Source of the DNA: Bacteroidota bacterium
GTDB taxonomy: Bacteria > Bacteroidota > Bacteroidia > Bacteroidales > JAADGE01
Length of the DNA: 64,000 bases
NCBI GenBank assembly: GCA_024277895.1
Contig: JAJRUH010000023.1
Location: 1,210-65,209 of the forward strand
Direction of reading: 5' to 3'
Shown piece after piece: positions 9,208 to 17,506 of the stretch. Positions within the stretch are counted from its first letter, which is position 1. The number at the start of each line of letters is the position of its first letter. A model generated the notes under the pieces. The model made no database searches. It saw only the letters and a list, made by a program, of their open reading frames with translations, and was not told the DNA's origin. The position numbers were made by a program, and so were the translations under genes.

Positions 9208-9813
9208 CTATTTAAAATAAAAATTAATTCCGGCACCTACCGTTGTAAAAGCCGGCTGATTAACGGCAATATTCACTTCAAAATTTACGGCATATTTATT
9301 TGAAGGATTAAATTCCAATTCAACGGGAACATAAGTCGGTAAATATATAACAACTTGCCCGTCAGCTTGCTTGTAAGGTTCAATATCAATATCAATTCCG
9401 CTTGTTAAATAGAAATCATTTAATTTTAACGAAGCAATTAAATCAACATCACCGCCGGCTCTGTGCCAATAATGTCCGCCGATTGTTCCGGAAATATACA
9501 ATTTTCCAGAATTTATAAAACTGTTTTCAAAATCAAACCCGTAATACATTTGCCCCCAAGCTTTACCGATATTAAAACCGATATCTGTTGAATGTGTCGT
9601 TCCGTAACCGAGATGAAAAAAATATGCAAATTGTTCGGGACTCGGAGTATAGGTTGGGCTAAAGTTATTCAAATCAGTAGCATAAACCGGGTTTACACCT
9701 ATTGAAACTACATGCTTGCTTAATGTTAAAGCTGTATTTCCGAACATAGTTTGTGCTTGTGCTGAAAATGAAATCAATATAAAAACCGGTAAAATAAGCA
9801 GATTTTTTTTCAT
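9208..9813 (-). CDS. Putative outer-membrane beta-barrel protein
   Basis: 201 aa. Signal peptide MKKNLLILPVFILISFSAQAQ, alternating hydrophobic strand pattern, C-terminal GINFYFK. Confidence 0.55.
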   Translation of the reverse strand: MKKNLLILPVFILISFSAQAQTMFGNTALTLSKHVVSIGVNPVYATDLNNFSPTYTPSPEQFAYFFHLGYGTTHSTDIGFNIGKAWGQMYYGFDFENSFINSGKLYISGTIGGHYWHRAGGDVDLIASLKLNDFYLTSGIDIDIEPYKQADGQVVIYLPTYVPVELEFNPSNKYAVNFEVNIAVNQPAFTTVGAGINFYFK

Positions 9814-9832
9814 ATTTAATAAATTTAATTAA

Positions 9833-11047
9833 TCATAACTTCCTTATAATCAAGCTCGAATTAGTTCCGCCGAAACCAAATGAATTTGATAAAAACGTAT
9901 TAATTTGAGATTCTTTCGTTCGTGCAATAATATTAAGTTTTTTTGAATCTTCATCAGGATTTTCAAAATTGATATTCGGCGGAATAAAATTATTTTGTGC
10001 CGCCAACAACGAATAAATAACTTCACTTGCTCCTCCCATCCACATTTCGTGCCCTGTCATTGATTTTGTGGAACTTACCGGAATTTTACTGCCGAACACT
10101 TTATAAATTGCTTTTGCTTCGCTTGCATCTCCCACTTTTGTTGCAGTAGCATGGGCATTTATATAATCTATATCTTTAGCTTTCAGTCCTGCATTTATTA
10201 AAGCATTTTGTAAAGAATTCAAAGGACCTTCCACATTCGGATTTGAAATATGCTCTCCGTTAGAAGAAAAACCGTAACCAAGAACTTCTCCGATAATATT
10301 TACTCCTCTTTTTACGGCATTGTCATAACTTTCAATAATAACCGTTGCAGCACCTCCGCTCGGTATTAACCCGTCACGATCTTTGTCAAAAGGACGAGAT
10401 GCTTTTTTCGGAATGTCTTCTCTTACAGAAAACGCACTTAAGCCGTCAAAACTTCCCATTGATTCCGGATTAATTTCTTGAGCTCCGCCGCAAATAATCA
10501 TATCCTGCAAACCTTGCTGAATTAATAAATACCCGATACCGATAGCATGCGAACCGCTGGCACAAGCACCGCTGATTGTTAAATTTATGCCTTTTAATTT
10601 AAAAATTACCGATAAATTCATACTTACCGTAGAATTCATTTGCTGAAAAATAGCACCGGAACCAATTAAAGAGGTATCTTTTTTTGTTTTCATTTTTTCC
10701 CACCCTTCTACCACGGCAAGAGCAGAGCTGTCATTTCCGTATAAAATTCCGACAGGATTTTCATCCAAATATTTCTGTTCGATTTTAGCTTGTACTAAAG
10801 CATCTTTCGTTGCAGCATAAGCATATTCGCCTTGCTCCGCCATTCCGACACGCATACGTCTTGACAAACTGCCTTTTAATTCAGGACGTTCCAATATTCC
10901 TGTAAGACCGGAACGAAAACCAATTTCTTTTCTTTTAGGGTCAAAAATGATACCTGATTTTCCTTTATATAAAGAATTTTTTACGGTCTCCAAGTCTGTT
11001 CCCAAAACGGAATAAATTCCCATCCCCGTTATTACTACTCGCTTCAT
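9833..11047 (-). CDS. Beta-ketoacyl-ACP synthase (KAS I/II type)
   Basis: 404 aa. Active-site Cys (SGACASGSHAIG) and both His motifs (NAHATAT, KSMTGHEMW). Confidence 0.9.
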   Translation of the reverse strand: MKRVVITGMGIYSVLGTDLETVKNSLYKGKSGIIFDPKRKEIGFRSGLTGILERPELKGSLSRRMRVGMAEQGEYAYAATKDALVQAKIEQKYLDENPVGILYGNDSSALAVVEGWEKMKTKKDTSLIGSGAIFQQMNSTVSMNLSVIFKLKGINLTISGACASGSHAIGIGYLLIQQGLQDMIICGGAQEINPESMGSFDGLSAFSVREDIPKKASRPFDKDRDGLIPSGGAATVIIESYDNAVKRGVNIIGEVLGYGFSSNGEHISNPNVEGPLNSLQNALINAGLKAKDIDYINAHATATKVGDASEAKAIYKVFGSKIPVSSTKSMTGHEMWMGGASEVIYSLLAAQNNFIPPNINFENPDEDSKKLNIIARTKESQINTFLSNSFGFGGTNSSLIIRKL

Positions 11048-11245
11048 TTAAATTTTATAAATTATTTCTTTCTTTTAAGATTTAGTAAAACATCAGTTAT
11101 TTTATTGAATATCAAATATTTATTTTATATATAATATTTTATTTTTACGGTTCTGTTAATATTTTAAACAAATTAACTGTTATTTTAATAAAAAGTGTTT
11201 TTATAAATTAAAATAATTTCATTACCACTAACAATCTTTACTATA

Positions 11246-11971
11246 CTAATAAATTCCTCCGTTAACAGAGATTACTTCTCCCGTAATATACGATGCTTTC
11301 TCGGAAGCCAAAAAACTGACTAATTCGGCAACTTCTTCGGGTTTTCCGAAACGTCGCATCGGAATGATTTTTTTTAGTTCTTTTTCATCTAAATCAGAAG
11401 TCATATCAGTTTTTATAAAACCGGGTGCAACGGCATTAACAGTTACTTTTTTTGAAGCAATTTCTTGTGCCAATGCTTTCGTAGCACCTATCACACCGGC
11501 TTTTGACGCCGAATAATTTGTTTGTCCCGGCATTCCTTTTAAACCTGATAATGACACCATATTAATAATACGACCGAATTTATTTACCAACATATCTTTT
11601 AACAGACGTCTCGTAGTATAAAAAAAACTGTTTAAATTAGTGTTAATCACATCATTCCATTCATTATCGCTCATAAAAACCTGCAAATTATCTTTCCGAA
11701 TGCCCGCATTATTAACTAAAACCTCAATATGATTTTCAGGATGATTTTCCGAAAATTTTTCAAGTGCTTTTTCAATTTCTGCGGGAACGGATACATCAAA
11801 TTGTAACAATTCTCCTTTGCCGCCTGATAATTTTATTTCTTTCAGTGTTTTTTCTGCTTCTTCTGTATTTGAATGGTAATTAATAACAACATACATTCCG
11901 TCTGCTGCGAGTTTTTGACTTACAGCTTTCCCTATCCCTCTTGAACCGCCTGTTATTAATGCAAATTTCAT
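11246..11971 (-). CDS. fabG: 3-oxoacyl-ACP reductase (SDR)
   Basis: 241 aa. TGGSRGIGKA, NNAG, YSASK. Confidence 0.85.
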   Translation of the reverse strand: MKFALITGGSRGIGKAVSQKLAADGMYVVINYHSNTEEAEKTLKEIKLSGGKGELLQFDVSVPAEIEKALEKFSENHPENHIEVLVNNAGIRKDNLQVFMSDNEWNDVINTNLNSFFYTTRRLLKDMLVNKFGRIINMVSLSGLKGMPGQTNYSASKAGVIGATKALAQEIASKKVTVNAVAPGFIKTDMTSDLDEKELKKIIPMRRFGKPEEVAELVSFLASEKASYITGEVISVNGGIY

Positions 11972-11973
11972 TT

Positions 11974-13533
11974 TTAATCAGTTTTTTTAAATAAATCCGA
12001 ATTTACTTTATTATCAGTTAAAAATTCTTTGACTTTATTTATTGCCGGATATAAAATTGAATCGTCTTTAAATTTCGGAATAATTTTTCGAATTTCAGTA
12101 TATAATTTTTGCGATTTTACAGATAACTTATCTTTTACTTTTAAATAATCAACGGCCTGTACCAATGAAATCAATTCAATTGCCAACACTTCAAATGAGT
12201 TATTAATAACTTTCTGCGTAAGCAATGCCGCATTGGTTCCCATACTCACAACATCCTGATTATCATTATTATTAGGAATACTGTGAACCGACATAGGATT
12301 TGACAATGTTTGATTTTCGGCAACGGTTGAAACTGCCGTAAATTGTGCACCCTGCATTCCGAGATTTAATCCTAAAGTTCCGAGATTAACAAAAGGCGGC
12401 AAAATTTTATTTAATTTATCATTCAATAAAAAATTTAATTGGCGTTCTGCCAACATCGACAATTTGGTAACGGCAATCTTGAGCTTATCTGCCTCAACAG
12501 CAACATAATCTCCGTGAAAATTTCCGCCGTGGAAAACATTATTATGTTCTTTATCAATAATCGGGTTATCATTTACGGAATTAATTTCCTGAATTAAAAT
12601 TTCTTGAGAAAAATTTATTGTTTCATAAACCGGTCCGAGAATTTGAGGTACACAACGAAGCGAATAATATTCCTGAACTTTATCTTCAAACACTTTCGTA
12701 TGATTATTTTTCCCGTTATACAAATAATCTTTACGTTTTTTTATCAATTTGCTTGAAGAAAGAATTTTTCTCATTTCTTCGGCTACTTTTTCCTGTCCTT
12801 TATGAAATTTTACACTGTTTAATTCATATGAAAAATGATCGTCATAAGATTTAACAATTTCATTAATAATTGATGAAATCAACAACGAATAATTCAAAAG
12901 TCTTTTAGCCGAAAGTATATTGCTTAAACTTATACCGGTCATTACCGAAGTTCCGTTAATTAATGCCAAACCTTCGCGAAGTTTTATTTCTATCGGATTT
13001 AAATTTAATTTTTTAAAAACATCTTTGGTATTGTGTTCTTTCCTTTCGTAAAAAACCTTTCCTTCACCTATTAAAGCCAATGCTAAATGTGATAATTGCA
13101 CCAAATCACCGCTCGCTCCCACTCCGCCGTGCTTATATATATTCGGATATATTCCGTAATTTAAAAAATCTTTCAAAAGAATAACCACAGAAGTATTAAC
13201 TCCCGAATAACCTTTAAGCAAAGTATTAAGGCGAGCCAACATTGCTGCTCTCACACATTTTTCGGGAAGTAGTTCTCCGCTGCCGGCAGAATGACTTCGA
13301 ATAAGGTTATATTGCAATTGAATTTGATCGGTTTCGCTGATTTTATACTGTGCCATAGGTCCGAAACCGGTATTGATACCGTAAATAACTTTATCTTTTG
13401 AAAATTCTTTTAAAAATTCAAAACTTTCGGATACTTTAGTCAAAGATCTTTCATCAATTTCAATTTCCTCATTTAGATAAACAATCCTTCGAACATCTTC
13501 TAAATTAATATAATCTGTTCCTATCTTTAACAT
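11974..13533 (-). CDS. Aromatic amino acid ammonia-lyase (MIO enzyme; tyrosine ammonia-lyase-like, HAL/TAL family)
   Basis: 519 aa. MIO-forming GASGDL (Ala-Ser-Gly), NTGFG, NDNPIID, FHGGNFHGDY. From memory it is very similar to the Flavobacterium johnsoniae tyrosine ammonia-lyase. Sits in a polyene-lipid locus with no hutU/hutI nearby. Confidence 0.8.
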   Translation of the reverse strand: MLKIGTDYINLEDVRRIVYLNEEIEIDERSLTKVSESFEFLKEFSKDKVIYGINTGFGPMAQYKISETDQIQLQYNLIRSHSAGSGELLPEKCVRAAMLARLNTLLKGYSGVNTSVVILLKDFLNYGIYPNIYKHGGVGASGDLVQLSHLALALIGEGKVFYERKEHNTKDVFKKLNLNPIEIKLREGLALINGTSVMTGISLSNILSAKRLLNYSLLISSIINEIVKSYDDHFSYELNSVKFHKGQEKVAEEMRKILSSSKLIKKRKDYLYNGKNNHTKVFEDKVQEYYSLRCVPQILGPVYETINFSQEILIQEINSVNDNPIIDKEHNNVFHGGNFHGDYVAVEADKLKIAVTKLSMLAERQLNFLLNDKLNKILPPFVNLGTLGLNLGMQGAQFTAVSTVAENQTLSNPMSVHSIPNNNDNQDVVSMGTNAALLTQKVINNSFEVLAIELISLVQAVDYLKVKDKLSVKSQKLYTEIRKIIPKFKDDSILYPAINKVKEFLTDNKVNSDLFKKTD

Positions 13534-13554
13534 ATAAAAATTTTATTTATAAAT

Positions 13555-14067
13555 TTAAAATCCGATTTCTGTATTTTGTGCATCTTTTCTGCGTTTCCTG
13601 AATGCTGTCATTTTAATTGCCGTAACAGCTCCCTCATCACCTTTATTACCCAACTTTCCTCCGGCTCTGTCTGCTGCTTGTTGTTGCGTATCGGTAGTAA
13701 GAACACCAAAAATAACAGGAATATTTTGGGTACGGTTAAGATCGGTAATACCTTGCGACACACCCTGACAAATAAAATCAAAATGACGTGTTTCTCCTTG
13801 AATAACACATCCCAAAACAATAACGGCATCAAAATTTGCACTTTTTATCATTGATTGAGCACCGTAAGTTAACTCAAAAGTTCCCGGAACATATTCTTTA
13901 ACGATATCATCTTCATTTACACCGTGTTTTATCAAGGTATTATATGCTCCGTTATAAAGTGCTTCAGTTATTTTATTATTCCATTCCGATACCACAATGC
14001 CAAATCGCATTCCTTTTCCGGAAGGAACGGAATTAATATCATAATCGGACAGATTTTTTGTTGCCAT
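13555..14067 (-). CDS. ribH: 6,7-dimethyl-8-ribityllumazine synthase
   Basis: 170 aa. [26 protein letters not shown] and [12 protein letters not shown] are typical lumazine synthase blocks. Confidence 0.9.
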   Translation of the reverse strand: MATKNLSDYDINSVPSGKGMRFGIVVSEWNNKITEALYNGAYNTLIKHGVNEDDIVKEYVPGTFELTYGAQSMIKSANFDAVIVLGCVIQGETRHFDFICQGVSQGITDLNRTQNIPVIFGVLTTDTQQQAADRAGGKLGNKGDEGAVTAIKMTAFRKRRKDAQNTEIGF

Positions 14068-14115
14068 AATTAAACTTTTTAATAACTTTCAGGTCTTAAA
14101 GAAAAACGGCTACAA

Positions 14116-14685
14116 ATGTACAATAAAAATGCAGTCAGGAAAAAGATTTATATCAAAAATATGTTCGGCAAATGCTGCATTCGAATTGTAAAAAAAGATT
14201 TTGAGGTAAATCATATAAAAGTTTTGAATATCAAACAAGGATTTGCCGAAATTGAATACGATTCCGCAAATATTAACATTCAAAAGATATCTGATATATT
14301 GGCTCTGTCCGATTTATCACTAATAAAAAACAATGAAGAAAAGACTATTGAAAAACTGAAAGTTACAGTACGCGAACTAATTTTTGAAATGAATAATGTT
14401 GATTCAATTGCAAAAAAATCAGAATACATTATTGAAAAATTAGGTTTAAACTACCGATATCTTTCTCGTTTATTTTCAAAATATGAACCTATAACTTTAG
14501 AGAAATATATTATTTCAAATAAAATTGAACGCATAAAACAATTGATTTCAGAAAATGAATATTCTTTAAGCGAAATTGCTTATATGATGGATTACAGCAG
14601 TGTTCAATACCTTTCAACCCAATTTAAAAAAGAAACCGGTATCACTGTTTCTGACTATAAAGAACAGATAAATTCCGAAGAATAA
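14116..14685 (+). CDS. Small AraC-family transcriptional regulator with N-terminal IKNM-x-x-x-C-C ferredoxin-like domain
   Basis: 189 aa. C-terminal AraC HTH (LSEIAYMMDYSSVQYLSTQFKKETGITVSDYK). The N-terminus IYIKNMFGKCCIRIV resembles the IKNMVCxRC domain common in Bacteroidota AraC regulators. Immediately upstream of the 14801-21655 operon. Confidence 0.75.
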   Translation: MYNKNAVRKKIYIKNMFGKCCIRIVKKDFEVNHIKVLNIKQGFAEIEYDSANINIQKISDILALSDLSLIKNNEEKTIEKLKVTVRELIFEMNNVDSIAKKSEYIIEKLGLNYRYLSRLFSKYEPITLEKYIISNKIERIKQLISENEYSLSEIAYMMDYSSVQYLSTQFKKETGITVSDYKEQINSEE

Positions 14686-14753
14686 GATTATTTTAAGTAA
14701 GATTTCATACATCTTTTGTAAAATTTCGTAACACACCAATTAAACTTATTCTC

Positions 14754-14761
14754 TATTTTTG
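14754..14761 (+). promoter_or_regulatory. Bacteroidota -7 promoter box (TAnnTTTG) for the 14801-21655 operon
   Basis: tatttttg at 14754-14761, 40 nt upstream of the ATG at 14801. Confidence 0.4.
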
Positions 14762-14800
14762 CGTTATAGTTTTGTCAGCAATCACTAAAAAATTAATAAA

Positions 14801-15040
14801 ATGAAACTTAAAAAAAATATAGCAGTCAGTGAAACAGGTTTTTTATTTGATCCTAATTCCGGGGAATCATTCTCATTAAATGAAACCGGGAAAAAGATAT
14901 TATCATTTCTTGAAGAAGGAAAAAACGAAGATGAAATATCAAAATGGTTTACGGACAATTATGAAGTTGATAATGCGACTTTTGAAAATAATTTTAACGA
15001 TTTTTTAACTGTTCTTCAAAATTACAGAATCGTTGAATAG
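14801..15040 (+). CDS. PqqD-family (RiPP-recognition-element-like) small protein
   Basis: 79 aa. GFLFDPNSGESFSLNETGKKILSFLEEGKNEDEISKWFTDNYEVDNATFENNFNDFLTVLQNYRIVE follows the PqqD pattern: beta strands, then LN-x-tG-x-i, then a helical ei..l...y.v region. Ends in Glu. Confidence 0.75.
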   Translation: MKLKKNIAVSETGFLFDPNSGESFSLNETGKKILSFLEEGKNEDEISKWFTDNYEVDNATFENNFNDFLTVLQNYRIVE

Positions 15041-15063
15041 TACAACATTAAAACTATAATTTT

Positions 15064-16107
15064 ATGAAACCGAAATACACAATTGCGGTAACAGGTTTAA
15101 ATAATACGGATAATCCGGGACCCGGAGTTCCTGTTATAAGAGCATTACGTGAAGCAAAAGATTTTGATGTACGCATTATCGGACTTGCCTATGAAAACTT
15201 AGAACCGGGAATTTATATGAAAAATATATGCGATAAAGTTTACCAAATCCCCTATCCTTCAACCGGTTCGGATGAGCTGATGAAACGAATAGAATACATT
15301 AACGAAAAAGAAAACATTGATGTATTAATTCCGAATTTTGACGCAGAGCTTTTCACTTTTATGAAATCGGAAGAAAAACTTCTTAAAATGGGTATTCATA
15401 CATTTTTACCGACTATTAAACAATTTGAGGAACGTCACAAATCGGAATTAATGAAATTTGGTAAAAAATACAACATTGATATACCGTTCAGTAAATCGAT
15501 TTCAAACCTTTCGGACATAAAAAATATTCAATACGAATTTGAATATCCGGTATTGGTAAAAGGAAAATTTTATGATGCCTATTTAGCATATAATCCGGCA
15601 CAGATAACAGAATATTTCAATAAAATATCCGCAAAATGGGGTGTTCCCGTAATTATTCAAGAATTTATACGAGGTACCGAAGTTAATGTAATTGCACTCG
15701 GCGACGGCAAAGGAAATACAATAGGTGCCGTTCCGATGCGAAAACAATATATTACAGACAAAGGAAAAGCTTGGGGCGGCATTACATTAGGCGATGAAAA
15801 TCTATTAAAGATAACAAAAAAATTAATTAAAGAAACCAAATGGCGAGGCGGTATGGAATTGGAAATTATTAAAACACATACCGATAAATATTACATTATT
15901 GAAATTAATCCGAGAATACCGGCTTGGGTTTATCTTGCCGTAGGTGCCGGACAAAACATCCCTGAGGCACTTGTAAAACTTACTCTCGGAGAAAATGTCG
16001 AACCCTTCAAATCTTATGATACAGGTAAAATGTTCATCCGATATTCTTATGATTTAATCGGAGACATTTCACAATTTGAAAAATTATCAATAACCGGAGA
16101 ACTTTAA
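15064..16107 (+). CDS. ATP-grasp domain ligase
   Basis: 347 aa. Pre-ATP-grasp Rossmann-like start (IAVTGLNNTDNPGPGVPVIRAL). ATP-grasp core with PVLVKGKFYDAY, VIIQEFIRGTEVNV and the Mg/ATP loop ELEIIK...YYIIEINPRIPAW. Confidence 0.8.
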   Translation: MKPKYTIAVTGLNNTDNPGPGVPVIRALREAKDFDVRIIGLAYENLEPGIYMKNICDKVYQIPYPSTGSDELMKRIEYINEKENIDVLIPNFDAELFTFMKSEEKLLKMGIHTFLPTIKQFEERHKSELMKFGKKYNIDIPFSKSISNLSDIKNIQYEFEYPVLVKGKFYDAYLAYNPAQITEYFNKISAKWGVPVIIQEFIRGTEVNVIALGDGKGNTIGAVPMRKQYITDKGKAWGGITLGDENLLKITKKLIKETKWRGGMELEIIKTHTDKYYIIEINPRIPAWVYLAVGAGQNIPEALVKLTLGENVEPFKSYDTGKMFIRYSYDLIGDISQFEKLSITGEL

Positions 16108-16150
16108 AAAGCAACACAAAATTCTTGAATAAATTCTAAATACTGAAAAA

Positions 16151-17500
16151 ATGAGCGAAAAATTAAAATACGAAAGACCGATAATTACAAAAATAACTGC
16201 CGGAGTAACCGATAAATTCGGAATGCAATCGAAAATGCCGATTATTACCGCAATTGATAATATTCCTGTTGAAAAACTAATTAAAGACTATGGTTCACCG
16301 AGTTTTATTTTATCCGAAAAAACAATTAAAAAAACTTTTAATGATGCAAAAAGAGCATTTACGACAAGATATCCGAATGTTCAATTTGCCTGGTCATATA
16401 AAACAAATTATATGAACGCTGTATGCAGAATTTTCCATAAAGAAGGCTCTTGGGCAGAAGTTGTTTCCGGTTTTGAATACGATAAAGCATTAAGAAACGG
16501 TGTGGCCGGAAATAAAATTATTTTTAACGGACCTGATAAATCAAAAGAAGATTTGATAAAAGCAACAGAAAACGGTTCTTATATACACATAGATCATTTT
16601 GACGAATTATATGATTTGCTATCCATAGCTGAAACAACTGAAAAAAGACCGAAAGTGGCTATTCGGGTAAATATGGATACGGGAATTTATCCTCAATGGG
16701 ACAGATTCGGATTTAATTATGAAAACGGTGAAGCTTGGAATGCTTTAAACCGAATATTAATAAGCAAGAAATTAGATTTAGTCGGATTACATACGCACAT
16801 CGGAACTTACATGATGACACCGACACCTTATGCCGTTGCCGCATCAAAATTAGCCGAACTTGCAGTTCGATTAGATCGAAAATTTAATCATAAAATAAAA
16901 TATATTGACATGGGCGGAGGTTTTGCATCAAAAAATACATTAAAAGGTGCTTACCTTCCCGGAAAAGATACTTGCCCTACTTTTGACGAATATGCCGAAG
17001 CAATTTCTGATGCTTTAATAAATTCGGAATTAGACCCGAATGAAATGCCGACACTTTTTTTGGAAACCGGCAGAGCATTAATTGATGATGCAGGATATAT
17101 TATCGGAAGTGTTCTGGCAAATAAAAGACTTGCAAACGGAAGACGATCAATGATTATTGATACCGGTGTTAATATGCTTTTTACATCATTTTGGTATGAA
17201 CACGAAATTTATCCTGCAAAAGAGTTCAGCTCTCATGCCGAAGATACAACTATTTACGGTCCGCTTTGTATGAATATTGATGTCATTCGTTCTGCCGTTA
17301 AATTTCCTCTGTTACAAAAAGGCGACCATTATGTAATAAAACGAATTGGTGCATATAATATGACTCAATGGATGCAGTTTATAACTTTGCGACCAAAAAT
17401 AGTTCTTATTGATACAGAGGGGAATACACACATTATCAGAGAAAATGAAACCAATGAAAGTATGACAGCTTTGGAAAAAGTTCCGAATTATTTAAATTAG
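16151..17500 (+). CDS. Type III PLP-dependent decarboxylase (Orn/DAP/Arg decarboxylase family 2)
   Basis: 449 aa. PLP-lysine block FAWSYKTNY, phosphate loop MGGGFAS, LETGRALI (E-x-GR), GPLCMNIDV (substrate Cys) and IGAYNMTQ are all present. Confidence 0.85.
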   Translation: MSEKLKYERPIITKITAGVTDKFGMQSKMPIITAIDNIPVEKLIKDYGSPSFILSEKTIKKTFNDAKRAFTTRYPNVQFAWSYKTNYMNAVCRIFHKEGSWAEVVSGFEYDKALRNGVAGNKIIFNGPDKSKEDLIKATENGSYIHIDHFDELYDLLSIAETTEKRPKVAIRVNMDTGIYPQWDRFGFNYENGEAWNALNRILISKKLDLVGLHTHIGTYMMTPTPYAVAASKLAELAVRLDRKFNHKIKYIDMGGGFASKNTLKGAYLPGKDTCPTFDEYAEAISDALINSELDPNEMPTLFLETGRALIDDAGYIIGSVLANKRLANGRRSMIIDTGVNMLFTSFWYEHEIYPAKEFSSHAEDTTIYGPLCMNIDVIRSAVKFPLLQKGDHYVIKRIGAYNMTQWMQFITLRPKIVLIDTEGNTHIIRENETNESMTALEKVPNYLN

Positions 17501-17506
17501 TTTTAT

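Noticed and set aside
11048-11245. Hidden small gene or RNA in the 200-nt gap inside the polyene sub-cluster
   Set aside because: Only 4-5-codon ORFs occur on either strand, and I saw no notable inverted repeats. It is probably just an internal promoter region.
11974-13533. Histidine ammonia-lyase of a hut (histidine utilisation) operon
   Set aside because: There is no hutU/hutI/hutG nearby, and the gene is embedded with KS/ACP/KR/thioesterase genes typical of aryl-polyene/flexirubin loci. Kept as a TAL-like aromatic ammonia-lyase.
14068-14160. FMN riboswitch upstream of ribH
   Set aside because: At most about 50-90 nt is available. The stretch is AT-rich and lacks the GC-rich conserved FMN-element cores I know.
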